DNA from: an uncultured Candidatus Rokubacteria bacterium
Lineage (GTDB): Bacteria; Methylomirabilota; Methylomirabilia; Rokubacteriales; DASRDR01
Direction of reading: 5' to 3'
DNA: 64,000 nucleotides
Assembly: GCA_963708025.1 (NCBI GenBank)
Contig: CAVPSB010000012.1
Coordinates: 160,001 to 224,000 of the forward strand
The stretch's first letter is position 1. Each line of letters opens with the position of its first letter. The translations under genes and the position numbers were made by a program. Below are positions 20,398 through 30,191 of this stretch, in pieces. Below the pieces are notes generated by a model. That model searched no databases. It was not told the DNA's origin and saw only the letters and a list, made by a program, of their open reading frames with translations.

Positions 20398-20686
20398 GTC
20401 CGGTCCGCCCCCCGCCACCGGCCGAAGGCCGTCCGATCGGTAGGGAGGGGGGAGGGCGGGAGGTCCCGAGGTGAGAACGGGTAAAGGAGTGGGCCCCGTC
20501 CGGCCCCCCCTCCCCCGGCCAAAGGCCGAAGGCCGTCAAACAGTGGGGGAGGGGGGGTTGGGGGGGAGGGCGGGAGGTCCCAAGGTGAGAACGGGTAAAG
20601 GAGTGGGCCCCGTCCGGCCCCCCCTCCCCCGGTGGGTGGGGGAGGGGGGGTTGGGGGGGAGGGCGGGAGGTCCCAAAAGTCGCGCC
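20398..20686. repeat. G/C-rich repeat family A, 2-3 tandem copies inserted at the 5' end of the DUF917 gene
   Basis: GGGAGGGCGGGAGGTCCC x3; GTGAGAACGGGTAAAGGAGTGGGCCCCGTCCGGCCCCCCCTCCCCCGG x2 (20471, 20585); flanked by TCGCGCC direct repeats at 20391 and 20680. Confidence 0.8.
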
Positions 20687-21777
20687 CGGTCGCGCTCGAG
20701 GAGATCGAGCAGCTCGCCACCGGGGCCTGGATCCTCGGCACCGGCGGGGGCGGCAGCCCGTATCACGGCCTCCTCAACATGCGGAAGCTCTACCGGGAGG
20801 GGTCCGTCGTGCGCCTCCTCGACCCCGCCACCCTGGCCGACGACGACGACGTGGCCGTGGTGTCGTTCATGGGGGCGCCGCTGGTCGGCCAGGAGCGGTT
20901 CAAGGACCCGCGGGCGATCGCCCGCGCCGTCCGCATGATGGAGGAGTACACCGGCCGTCGGTTTCGCGCCGTCATGGCCGTCGAGATCGGCGGCGGCAAC
21001 GGGCTGGCCCCGTTCATGGCGGCCGCGCTCCTCGACATCCCGGTGGTGGACGCCGACGCGATGGGCCGGGCGTTCCCGGAAGCGCAGATGACGAGCTTCG
21101 CCATCAAGGAGCTGCCGTGCTTTCCGCTCACGCTGGCCGACGTGCGGGACAACGGCGTCATCGTGGCCCGGGCGGCGAGCTGGAAGTGGATGGAGCGCCT
21201 CTCCCGTAAGGTCTGCACCGAGGTCGGCTCCACCGCCGCCACCTGCAAGGCGCCGCGCACAGGCAAGGAGGTGAAGGAGGCCGGGATTCTCTACACGACC
21301 ACCAAGGCGATCCGGCTCGGCGCCACCGTCCAGGCGGCCCGACGCGCCCACCGCGACCCCATCGACGCCATCCTCGAGGCCGAGGGCGGTCGCGCGCTCT
21401 TCCGCGGCAAGGTGCGGGACGTCGCCCGCCGGACGACCGAGGGCTTCCTCCGCGGCACCGCCAGCCTGGAGGGGCTCGACGAGTTCGCCGGCCAGCGCTT
21501 CGATCTCGCCTTCCAGAACGAGTGGGCGGTCGGGTGGCACGACGGCGCTCCCCGGGTGACGACCCCGGACCTGATCTGCGTGATCGACAGCGTGGCGGGA
21601 GAGGCGATCGGGACCGAGACCCTGCGTTACGGCCAGCGGGTGAGCGTCGTCGTCCTGCCGGCGCCCGAGATCCTGCTGACGCCGAAGGGGCTCGACCACG
21701 TCGGCCCGCGAGCGTTCGGCTACGACCTCGACTTCCGGTCCGTGTTCGCCGAGGCGCCGACGGCGAGCCGGTCGTGA
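20632..21777 (+). CDS. DUF917 domain protein (start uncertain)
   Basis: GAWILGTGGGGSPY, MGAP, EIGGGNG, DADAMGRAFPE, FQNE and TETLRYG motifs. Confidence 0.9.
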   Translation: MGGGGGVGGEGGRSQKSRPVALEEIEQLATGAWILGTGGGGSPYHGLLNMRKLYREGSVVRLLDPATLADDDDVAVVSFMGAPLVGQERFKDPRAIARAVRMMEEYTGRRFRAVMAVEIGGGNGLAPFMAAALLDIPVVDADAMGRAFPEAQMTSFAIKELPCFPLTLADVRDNGVIVARAASWKWMERLSRKVCTEVGSTAATCKAPRTGKEVKEAGILYTTTKAIRLGATVQAARRAHRDPIDAILEAEGGRALFRGKVRDVARRTTEGFLRGTASLEGLDEFAGQRFDLAFQNEWAVGWHDGAPRVTTPDLICVIDSVAGEAIGTETLRYGQRVSVVVLPAPEILLTPKGLDHVGPRAFGYDLDFRSVFAEAPTASRS

Positions 21778-22400
21778 GGCGGATCGGGCGTCGTGGCCCA
21801 GCCGGCCCCCGAGATCCTGCTGGCACCCAGGGGATTCGGCACGTGGGGCGGGCGGTGAGGCGGATCGGGCGTCGTGGCCCAGCCGGCCCCCGAGATCCTG
21901 CTGGCACCCAGGGGATCGGGCACGTGGGCCGGGGCGATGAGGCGGATCGGGCGTCGTGGCCCAGCCGGCCCCCGAGATCCTGCTGGCACCCAGGGGATTC
22001 GGGCACGTGGGGCCGGGGGCGTTCAGCCGTGAGGCGGATCGGGCGTCGTGGCCCAGCCGGCCCCCGAGATCCTGCTGGCACCCAGGGGATTCGGGCACGT
22101 GGGGCCGGGGGCGTTCAGCCGTGAGGCGGATCGGGCGTCGTGGCCCAGCCGGCCCCCGAGATCCTGCTGGCACCCAGGGGATTCGGGCACGTGGGGCCGG
22201 GGGCGTTCAGCCGTGAGGCGGATCGGGCGTCGTGGCCCAGCCGGCCCCCGAGATCCTGCTGGCACCCAGGGGATTCGGGCACGTGGGGCCGGGGGCGTTC
22301 AGCCGTGAGGCGGATCGGGCGTCGTGGCCCAGCCGGCCCCCGAGATCCTGCTGGCACCCAGGGGATTCGAGCACGTCGGGCCGCGGGCGGTCGGCCATGA
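21774..22400 (+). repeat. Tandem array of 7 units (81, 82, then 5 x 92 bp)
   Basis: Units start at 21774, 21855, 21937, 22029, 22121, 22213 and 22305, each (G/A)TGAGGCGGATCGGGCGTCGTGGCCCAGCCGGCCCCCGAGATCCTGCTGGCACCCAGGGGAT... Confidence 0.97.
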
Positions 22401-23941
22401 GGCGGATCGGCGTCGACGTCGGCGGGACCAACACCGACGCCGTGCTGCTGGACGGGTCGCGGGTCGAGCACGCGGTGAAGACGCCGACCACCGGAGACGT
22501 CACCTCCGGGATCACCGAAGCCCTGCGCCGCCTGCTGGCGGCCGTCCCGGCCGAGGCGCGCCGGGTGGATGCCGTGATGATCGGCACCACCCACTTCACC
22601 AACGCGGTGGCGCAGCGCCGCGACCTCACGCCGGTGGCGGCGGTCCGCATCGGGCTCCCGGCCAGCGCCTCCCTGGAGCCGTTCATCGACTGGCCGGAGG
22701 ACCTGGCCGCGATCGCGCGCGGCCGGGTGTTCATGGTCGAGGGCGGCCACGAGGTGGACGGCCGGCCGATCGTGCCCTTCGACGAGACGGCGATGCGCCG
22801 CGTCGCCCGCGAGATCCGGGCCTCCGGTCTCCGCTCGGTCGGGGTCACCGCGATCTTCTCGCCGATCGACCCGGGCGGCGAGAAGATGGCGGGCGCCATC
22901 CTGGCCGAGGAGTGCCCGGGCGTCGCCGTCACGCTGTCCCACGCGCTGGGACGCATCGGGCTGCTCGAGCGCGAGAACGCCTGCCTGCTCAACGCCGCCC
23001 TGGTCGAGCTGGCCCGCACGACGACCCGGGCCTTCACCGACGCGCTGGCCGCCAGCGGGATCGACGCGCCGCTCTACCTCACCCAGAACGACGGGACGGT
23101 GACGGTGGCCAGCCAGGCCGAGGCGTTCCCGGTCTACAGCTTCGCCTCCGGGCCCACCAACAGCATGCGGGGCGCCGCGTTCCTGTCCGGGCTCGACGAC
23201 GCCGTGGTGATCGACGTGGGGGGGACCACGACCGACGTCGGCTGCCTGAAGCACGGCTTCCCGCGCGAGGCCAACGCCGTCGTCGAGGTCGGGGGCGTGC
23301 GGACGCTGTTCCGGATGCCCGACCTGCTCTCGCTCGCGCTCGGCGGCGGGACGCTGGTCGAGCCGTCGCCGCTCTCGATCGGCCCGCGCAGCGTCGGCTT
23401 CCGGCTGACCGAGCAGGCGCTCGTCTTCGGCGGCGACCGGCTCACCGCCACCGACCTCGCCGTCGCCGCCGGGCTGATCGAGCTGGGTGATCCGGCCCGC
23501 GTCGCCCACCTCGGCCGCGACCTGGTCGAGGCCGCCATCCGCGCGATCCACGGGCGGATCGCCGAGGCCGTCGACCGCATGAAGACGGATGCCCACGACG
23601 TGCCCGTGGTGGCGGTCGGCGGCGGCGCCTTCCTGGTGCCGCCCACCATGCCCGGCGTCTCGCGGGTGGTCCGGGTGGCGCACCACGCGGTCGCCAACGC
23701 GGTGGGCGCCGCCATCGCCCAGGTCAGCGGGGAGCTGGACCAGGTCTTTCAGAACATGAGCCGCGAGGCGGCGATCGCCGAGGCCCGAGGCCTGGCCGAG
23801 GAGCGCGCGGTCCGGGCCGGCGCCGCCCGGGAGAGCCTCAAGGTCGTCGAGGTCGAGGACATCCCGCTGGCCTACCTGCCGGGCAACTCGCTGCGGACCC
23901 GCGTCCGCGTCGTCGGCGACATCGCGGGGGTGTCGGGCTAG
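22397..23941 (+). CDS. Hydantoinase A/oxoprolinase family protein
   Basis: MRRIGVDVGGTNTDAV, GTTHFTNA, LLERENA, QNDGT, SGPTNSMRGA, IDVGGTTTDVG and ANAVGAA motifs. Confidence 0.93.
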   Translation: MRRIGVDVGGTNTDAVLLDGSRVEHAVKTPTTGDVTSGITEALRRLLAAVPAEARRVDAVMIGTTHFTNAVAQRRDLTPVAAVRIGLPASASLEPFIDWPEDLAAIARGRVFMVEGGHEVDGRPIVPFDETAMRRVAREIRASGLRSVGVTAIFSPIDPGGEKMAGAILAEECPGVAVTLSHALGRIGLLERENACLLNAALVELARTTTRAFTDALAASGIDAPLYLTQNDGTVTVASQAEAFPVYSFASGPTNSMRGAAFLSGLDDAVVIDVGGTTTDVGCLKHGFPREANAVVEVGGVRTLFRMPDLLSLALGGGTLVEPSPLSIGPRSVGFRLTEQALVFGGDRLTATDLAVAAGLIELGDPARVAHLGRDLVEAAIRAIHGRIAEAVDRMKTDAHDVPVVAVGGGAFLVPPTMPGVSRVVRVAHHAVANAVGAAIAQVSGELDQVFQNMSREAAIAEARGLAEERAVRAGAARESLKVVEVEDIPLAYLPGNSLRTRVRVVGDIAGVSG

Positions 23942-24017
23942 CCTGACCCGTTCACCACGCGCGCGGGTCCGAGCCACGGCACGGTGTCCACGGTCAGGCC
24001 TCGTCGGGCGGGCCGAG

Positions 24018-25496
24018 CTACCGCACGCCTTGCTTCGCCTTGCGCCGCTCTTCCGCTTCCTCCATGGCCAGCGTGTAGGCCACGTAGTACTTGTAGATGT
24101 TGCTCACGTACTGCACCGTCTCCCGGCCGATGCGCTCGGCGGCGACCCGCTCCACGTTGTTGAACCAGAGGTTCGGGTTGAGCCCGCGCCGCTCGGCCTC
24201 CCGCCGGAGCTGGTCGACCCGCCCCGGTCCCGCGTTGTAGGCGGCGAACGCGAAGAGCCCCTTGTTCAGGGCGTCCATGGGCTCGTCCGCGAAGTACTGG
24301 TCGATCATGAACCGGATGTACTTGACGCCGGCGTGGATGTTCGGCTCGAGCCGCTGGATGTCGCCGACCTTCAGGTCCTTCGCGGTCTTGGGCATCACCT
24401 GCATCACGCCGACGGCGCCGACGGGGCTCTTCACGTTCTGGTCGAGCCGGGATTCCTGGTAGCCCTGGGCCGCCATGAGCAGCCAGTCGAGCTTGTAGCG
24501 GTCGCCGTACTTGCGGAACAGCGACACCGTCTCCCGGAACCGCTTCATGTCGGCGGTGTTGGTGGCGCTCTTCACGAACTTCGTGCTCTTGAGGTAGCGC
24601 TGCGTGAGGATGTTGCCGAACGTGGTTTGCGCGCCGTGTCGCTTCAGGAACGCATCGATCTCCGCCTCGAGCTTCGGGCTGTTCTTCCGGATGGCGGGAG
24701 CGGTCATGGCGTCCCGACGCACCGCGAGATCGAAGTGCGGCGTGATCGCGGGGAAGACCTGCTTCCAGAACGTCGCCAGGTAGCTGTCCACGATCGTGAT
24801 CTTGACCAGGCCGGCGTTCAGCATCTCCAGGATGTCTTCGGTCTCCAGGGCCTCGGGGGCGGCCTTCAGCACGACTTCCTTCTTGCCCGCGGCCTTGAAG
24901 CGCCGGTTCAGCTCGACCAGGCTCTCGTGATAGCTGCTGGACCGGCGGACGAAAACCTCCCGGCCGGCCAGGTCCTCCAGGCGGGCGATCCGAGGAGCTC
25001 CGGGCCCGGTGACGACGACCTCGTCCACCTTGGTGCGCCCGGGAGCGGTGAAGTCGACCAGCTTTTCCCGCTCGGGGGTGACGGTGAGGCCGGCCACGAC
25101 CAGGTCCCCCCGACCTTCCACCAGGCCGGGCAGCATCTCGTCGCGTGAGACCGGCACGAACACCACCTGCACCCTCAGGAGGCCGGTCTTGAGCCTGGCG
25201 TTGAGCTCCTCCTCGAGCTTCCGGCCCATCTCGTACGCGACGCCGTGCTGGTCCCCCTTGTCGACGAAGTAGTACGTCTTGCTGTAGGGGACCAACATGC
25301 GAATCATTCGCCGCTCGATCATGCCGTCCAGATCACCGGTCCACTTGGCCGTGATCTGCTCCAGCGGGATCGTCGTCGGCGCTGGCGACTGGGCGAAAGC
25401 GACCCCCCCGCCGGCCGCGCACAGCAGCAGGACCGATAGCGCTCTGATGATCATGGCACCTCGCTTCCCCTCGCTTTTGTCGGCGACGCTGCCCAT
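24018..25496 (-). CDS. mltF: MltF-family lytic transglycosylase (SBP_bac_3 + SLT)
   Basis: Signal peptide, WTGDLDGMIERR, AQGYQESRLDQ, GAVGVMQV, AAYNAGPG and ETVQYV motifs. The start may be ~25454. Confidence 0.9.
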   Translation of the reverse strand: MGSVADKSEGKRGAMIIRALSVLLLCAAGGGVAFAQSPAPTTIPLEQITAKWTGDLDGMIERRMIRMLVPYSKTYYFVDKGDQHGVAYEMGRKLEEELNARLKTGLLRVQVVFVPVSRDEMLPGLVEGRGDLVVAGLTVTPEREKLVDFTAPGRTKVDEVVVTGPGAPRIARLEDLAGREVFVRRSSSYHESLVELNRRFKAAGKKEVVLKAAPEALETEDILEMLNAGLVKITIVDSYLATFWKQVFPAITPHFDLAVRRDAMTAPAIRKNSPKLEAEIDAFLKRHGAQTTFGNILTQRYLKSTKFVKSATNTADMKRFRETVSLFRKYGDRYKLDWLLMAAQGYQESRLDQNVKSPVGAVGVMQVMPKTAKDLKVGDIQRLEPNIHAGVKYIRFMIDQYFADEPMDALNKGLFAFAAYNAGPGRVDQLRREAERRGLNPNLWFNNVERVAAERIGRETVQYVSNIYKYYVAYTLAMEEAEERRKAKQGVR

Positions 25497-25542
25497 GGCC
25501 TAGACTCTACCATCGGTGCGGGTGCAGCGGACCCGCATCGGA

Positions 25543-25947
25543 CTACTGGCTGCCGACCCCCGGGCGGCGGCTCCGGTCCGTCGCGATCGCCTGCCGGACG
25601 GCGTCCAGGAGCACCTCGTCGTCGAAGGGCTTCGCCAGGAAATCGGCGGCCCCGGACTTCATCGCCCGCACGGCCATCGGGATGTCGCCGTGTCCGGTGA
25701 TGAAGACGACCGGGATGTCGTGGCCGCCGGCCACCAGCACCTCGTGCAGCTCGAGGCCGCTCTGGCCCGGCATCCGGACGTCGAGCACCAGGCAGCCCGC
25801 ACCCTCGAGCCGGCCGAGCTCCAGGAACTCGCGGGCCGACGCGAACGTCTCGACCCGGTAGCCGACGGAACGGAGCAGTCGCTCCAGGCCGCGGCGGACC
25901 GAGGCGTCGTCGTCGACGACGAAGACGGTCGCCCCGCGGTCGCTCAC
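25543..25947 (-). CDS. Stand-alone FixJ-type receiver domain protein
   Basis: VVDDD, LDVRMPG, FITGHGDIPMAVRAMKSGAADFLAKPF; no HTH. Confidence 0.9.
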   Translation of the reverse strand: MSDRGATVFVVDDDASVRRGLERLLRSVGYRVETFASAREFLELGRLEGAGCLVLDVRMPGQSGLELHEVLVAGGHDIPVVFITGHGDIPMAVRAMKSGAADFLAKPFDDEVLLDAVRQAIATDRSRRPGVGSQ

Positions 25948-28575
25948 GGGGCCGGGTCGCCGGCGACCGGCAGCGCGAAGTGGAAGGTCGCACCCCGGGT
26001 CGGGTTGTTCGCAGCCCAGATGACGCCGCCGTGCGCCTCGATGATCGACCGGGCGATCGCCAGCCCCATCCCCATCCCGGCCGGCTTCGTCGTGTAGAAC
26101 GGCTCGAAGACCCGGTCGTGGGCGCCGTCCCGAAGTCCGCTGCCGGTGTCCTGCACCGACACGTGGAGGGCCTGCACCTCGGTGTTCCGGGTCCGCACCA
26201 GGACGGTGCGGTCGCCATCGACGCCGTCGCTCATCGCGTCCATGGCGTTGAGCAGGAGGTTCAGGACGACCTGCTGGAGCTGGACCCGGTCCCCCTTGGC
26301 CATCGGCAGCGTCGGGTCGAGCTCCAGCGCGACCGAGACGTTGCGGATGATGGCGTCGCTGCCCAGGAGCTTCGCCACGTCGCGGATCAGGGCGTTCAGG
26401 TCGAGGTGAGACAGCTTGGGCTCACCCTTCCGGAGCAGCTCGCGGAGCCGCTGGATCACGTCGCTGGCGCGCTTGTCGTCCTCGACGATGTCGGTCAGGA
26501 TCCCCCGGAGCTCGCCGAGATCGGGCGGGGTGCGCTCCAGGAACCGGCGGGCGGCCTGGGCGTTGGTCAGGATCCCGGTGAGCGGCTGGTTCAGCTCGTG
26601 GGCCAGCGAGGCGGCCAGCTCGCCCATCGTCGACACCCGGGTGAAGTGAGCCAGCTCCTGGCGGCTCCGCTGAGCATCCATCTCCGCGCGCTTCCGCTCG
26701 GTGATCTCGGTGTGCGAGACGATCGCCCCGCCCTCGGGGCGGTTCAGGGGCACCACCGACATCGCGAACCAGCGCTCGACGACGGGGGCCGGGAGGGCGA
26801 AGTCGAGCGCGAACGCAACCCGCGAGCCGCCCAGCACCGCCTCGATCCCGGCCAGCGCCTCGCTGGCGTGGGGGACGCCCTGGCGGGCCGCCTGCCGGCA
26901 GACGTCGAGGTAGCTGACCCCGACCGCCGGCGTCCGTCGCCGAGCCGTTGTCGCGCCCGAACCGACTCCAGTTCTCGTTCACGGTGACGATCCGGCCCTC
27001 CCGGTCCAGGACGGCGACGTTGCTGCTCAGGGAGGCGAGGATGGCCGCCTTCATCAGCTCGCCGGCCCGGAGGGCGTCCTCCATCCGCTGGCGCGAGAGG
27101 GCGCCGGCAAAGACCTCCGTGACCAGGCGCAGCCGCTGGACGAGCGCCTCCGGCCAAACCCGGCCGGCCGCGGTGACGAACGCCAGGCCGCCCACGACCC
27201 GGCCGCCGGCGACCAGCGGCAGCGTGAGGCCCGATCGGCGGCGCGCGCCCTCGTGCCCGGCGTCGTCGGGCAACCCGTCGGGATGCCAGACGGCGGCGGG
27301 CTCGCCGCGACGGAAGCCCTCGACCGCCCATGGAAAGTCCCGGCCGGTGACGACGGGCAGCTCGGCGTCGTCGATCCCGGCAGCGGTCCAGGAGTACCGG
27401 ACCGCCGGGGCCTGCTCGTTCTCCGCGAGCCGGAACAGCGTGAGGCGGTCGAGCCCGAAGAACTCCCCGAGCTGCCGGAGCCACGTGTCGATGGCGGGGT
27501 CCATCTCGCGACTGGGGAGGTGGACGAACGCGCCGGAGAAGCGGGCGAGCAGGTTCTCGAAGCGGAGCCGCTCCTCCAGGGCCTCCTGGGCCCGCCGCCG
27601 CTCCTCGATGACGCTGGCCAGGGCGAGGAGCGGGATGGCGATGACGCTCAGGAAGATCTGCAGCGCGAGGACGCTCTCGGCGGCCGGGAGTGTCGTGAAC
27701 GGCCCCTGCCCCCGGGTGCCGGCCCAGATCGCCAGGAGCGCGGTGGTCAGGAGCGCGAGGCTCACGCCTCCCGGACCGAACCGCACGGCGGCCCACAGGA
27801 AGAAGGGCAGGACGAAGGCCAGCGGCGTGCGGGGCGATCCGGGGATGAGGCCCGGGATCCCGGCCGCTCCCGCGAAGGCGACCAGCCCGACCGCCACCAG
27901 CGCCAGGGTCAGGAGCGCCGCCTCCAGGTGCCGGCGAGGCGGGGCCGTCCGGACCCATCTCGGTCCGGCGGTGATCCCCATGACGAGCGCCGGCACCAGC
28001 GTCAGCTCCGTGAGGACGTTGGAGAAGAAGCGCGTGCGCCAGACGAGCCAGTAGGGCTCGGCCCGCAGCCAGGACACCGCGGCGGCGTCCACGAACGACG
28101 ACACGAAGGGCGCGGTGAGCACCGCCGCGACCATGAAGACCGTCACGCGGCGCAGCGTGTCGAACCGGGTGGGCGCGTCGCTGAATCGACGCACGCCGGC
28201 GGCCGCGATCAGGGCCTCGCTGCAGTTCGTCACGAAGAGCGCGGCCACCAGCGAGATCGGGAAACCCGCCTGGAGCTCGACGAGCGCATGGGCGGGGAGC
28301 GCGGCGAGCAGGTAGATCCACCACCGCCGGGGCCGCGTGAGCAGGAGCGTGGCCGTCAGGATCGCGTTCGGTGGCCAGAGCACGGACGAGGTCGCCGGAG
28401 GGAAGCTGAGCACGAAGCCGATCGTCGAGCCGAGGTAATAGGCGGCGCCGACCCCCAGCGCGGTCGCCACGGTGGCCGCCGACGACCGGGCGGACGAGGT
28501 CCTCACCTCCCCCCCTGGCTGCTTCGATCCCGATGTCGCCTCGTCGGTCACCGGCTGCGTCGCCTTTCGTGCCAT
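25944..28575 (-). CDS. MASE1-GAF-PAS sensor histidine kinase (FixL-like); frameshift near 26926
   Basis: MASE1 (SVLWPPNA...NCSEALIAA), GAF-like region and PAS (VLDREGRIVTVN). After a 1-nt shift: SYLDVCR...LAHELNQPL, QVVLNLLLNA, DTGSG, GMGMGL. Confidence 0.88.
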
Positions 28576-28785
28576 TCGGGGTCGGCTCGCCGCCCACCGA
28601 GCCCTCCATACTGGTACACCGCCAGCCCGGCCCCGACAAGCGCGTTCTGGGGCGCCGGCCCCCGGGTGTTTCTGGCTGGATCGGGGGCCCCCCTGGTGTA
28701 CGGTGGGGCTGCCGAGACCCTGGGTGGTGGTGGGCATGAGGTCCTGGCGGATGTGGACCGAACGCAGGTCAGGGGAGGAGGGGCG

Positions 28786-29178
28786 ATGGGTGGCGCGCGG
28801 GCCCGGATCCTGGCCACGGCCGTTCTGGTCCTCGCGTTGCTGGCGGGATGTGCCCACGGAATGGGCTCTCGCCAGCGCTGGGTGGGCACGAGCACCGGCT
28901 CGGCCGGCGACTGTGCCGCTCTCGAGTTCGAGATCGTGATCTTCGAAGGGCAGATCGAGGGCTGGGCCACGTCCGCGCTGCCGCAGGGGCCCGTGTCGTG
29001 GGACGTGCGCGGCTCGGTCAGCCCCGACAATCAGGTCTCGGTGGAGACGGTCACCGCAGACCCGCGCATCGGGCAGCGCCGGGTCTCGTGGCGCGGCGTG
29101 AGGAAGGTGCTGGAGGTGACTCTCACCCAGGCATCTCCTGGCGCGTGCCAGCCTCCACGGGCGGCGACCCTCGGCTGA
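28786..29178 (+). CDS. Hypothetical lipoprotein
   Basis: GGAGGAGG RBS, signal peptide with lipobox LAGC, 130 aa. Confidence 0.65.
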   Translation: MGGARARILATAVLVLALLAGCAHGMGSRQRWVGTSTGSAGDCAALEFEIVIFEGQIEGWATSALPQGPVSWDVRGSVSPDNQVSVETVTADPRIGQRRVSWRGVRKVLEVTLTQASPGACQPPRAATLG

Positions 29179-29224
29179 CCGATCTCAGGGCCTGCGGCCA
29201 ATGCCGGCGGCTCTCACTCAGTTC

Positions 29225-29286
29225 GGGACCTCCCGCCCACCCCCCCAACCCCCCTCCCCCACCCACCGGGGGGAGGGGGGAGCCGG
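29225..29286 (-). repeat. G/C-rich repeat family A, dispersed copy
   Basis: Reverse complement is near-identical to 20614-20674 (CCGG..CCCCCTCCCCCGGTGGGTGGGGGAGGGG..TTGGGG..GGGCGGGAGGTCCC). Confidence 0.8.
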
Positions 29287-29313
29287 AGCACCCCATTCCT
29301 TCACATGCTCTCA

Positions 29314-30060
29314 TCAGAGCGGCCATCGGCTTCTCGCAACTCTCTGACCCCGGCCCCGCGGCCGGGGCGTTCCACTTCGAGCCGCGGCTCCCCCGCGGCC
29401 TCCGAGGGGAGGCCGCGGGGATCTTCCAAGACCCCCGAAGATCTCAAGGCGCCTCCCCCCACGCTCCAGCATCATCCGGACGAGGTCCGCGACCGACTCC
29501 GCCTGCATCTTCTTCATGACCCGCCCGCGGTGGACCTTGATCGTCTTCTCGGCCGCCCCCAGCTCGGCCGCGATCTGCTTGTTGAGCTTGCCCGAGACCA
29601 CCCGCGCCAGCACCTCCCGCTCCCGGGGCGTCAGCGCATCGAGCCGGCGCTGGACGCGGGCCCGCGCGGTCCGCTCGGCGCGGCCCTGGCGGCTCCGGGC
29701 CAGCGCCCGCTGGATGGCCTCGAGCAGCGCCTGGTCCTCGAAGGGCTTCTGGAGGAAATCGAGCGCGCCCTCCTTCATGGCTCGCACGCTGGTCGGCACC
29801 GAGGCGTGGCCCGTGATGAAGATGATCGGCATCGTGCGCTGGGCGCGGCCCAGGGAGGCCTGGAGCTCGAGGCCGCTGGGACCGGGAAGCCGCACGTCGA
29901 GAACGAGGCACGACGGACGGTCCGGCGGCCGGTACGCCAGGAAGGCCGGGGCGGACGCGAAGGTCTCCACGTCGAGGCCGAGCGAGCGGATGAGCCGGGC
30001 CAGCGCCCTTCGCACCGACTCGTCGTCGTCGATCACGTAGACTACGCCATCGGGTGTCAT
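29314..30060 (-). CDS. FixJ-family response regulator (receiver + LuxR HTH) with a repeat-derived C-terminal extension
   Basis: VIDDD, LDVRLPG, LTPREREVL, LNKQIAAELG, TIKVHRGRVMKKM. Confidence 0.92.
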   Translation of the reverse strand: MTPDGVVYVIDDDESVRRALARLIRSLGLDVETFASAPAFLAYRPPDRPSCLVLDVRLPGPSGLELQASLGRAQRTMPIIFITGHASVPTSVRAMKEGALDFLQKPFEDQALLEAIQRALARSRQGRAERTARARVQRRLDALTPREREVLARVVSGKLNKQIAAELGAAEKTIKVHRGRVMKKMQAESVADLVRMMLERGGRRLEIFGGLGRSPRPPLGGRGGAAARSGTPRPRGRGQRVARSRWPL

Positions 30061-30191
30061 GCCGGTACCTCGTCCGGGACCGCTCCCATCCCCCGCCCGT
30101 CCGCTCTACAGATATACCCCGGTCTCCCGGTGACGGAGAACACGACCCGGTCCCAGGTGGGAGCCGCCGTCCTTCGCCGACGACCGGCGGC

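Noticed and set aside
21774-22400. CRISPR array
   Set aside because: There are no unique spacers. Units are near-identical over their full length, derive from the flanking genes, and no cas genes are present.
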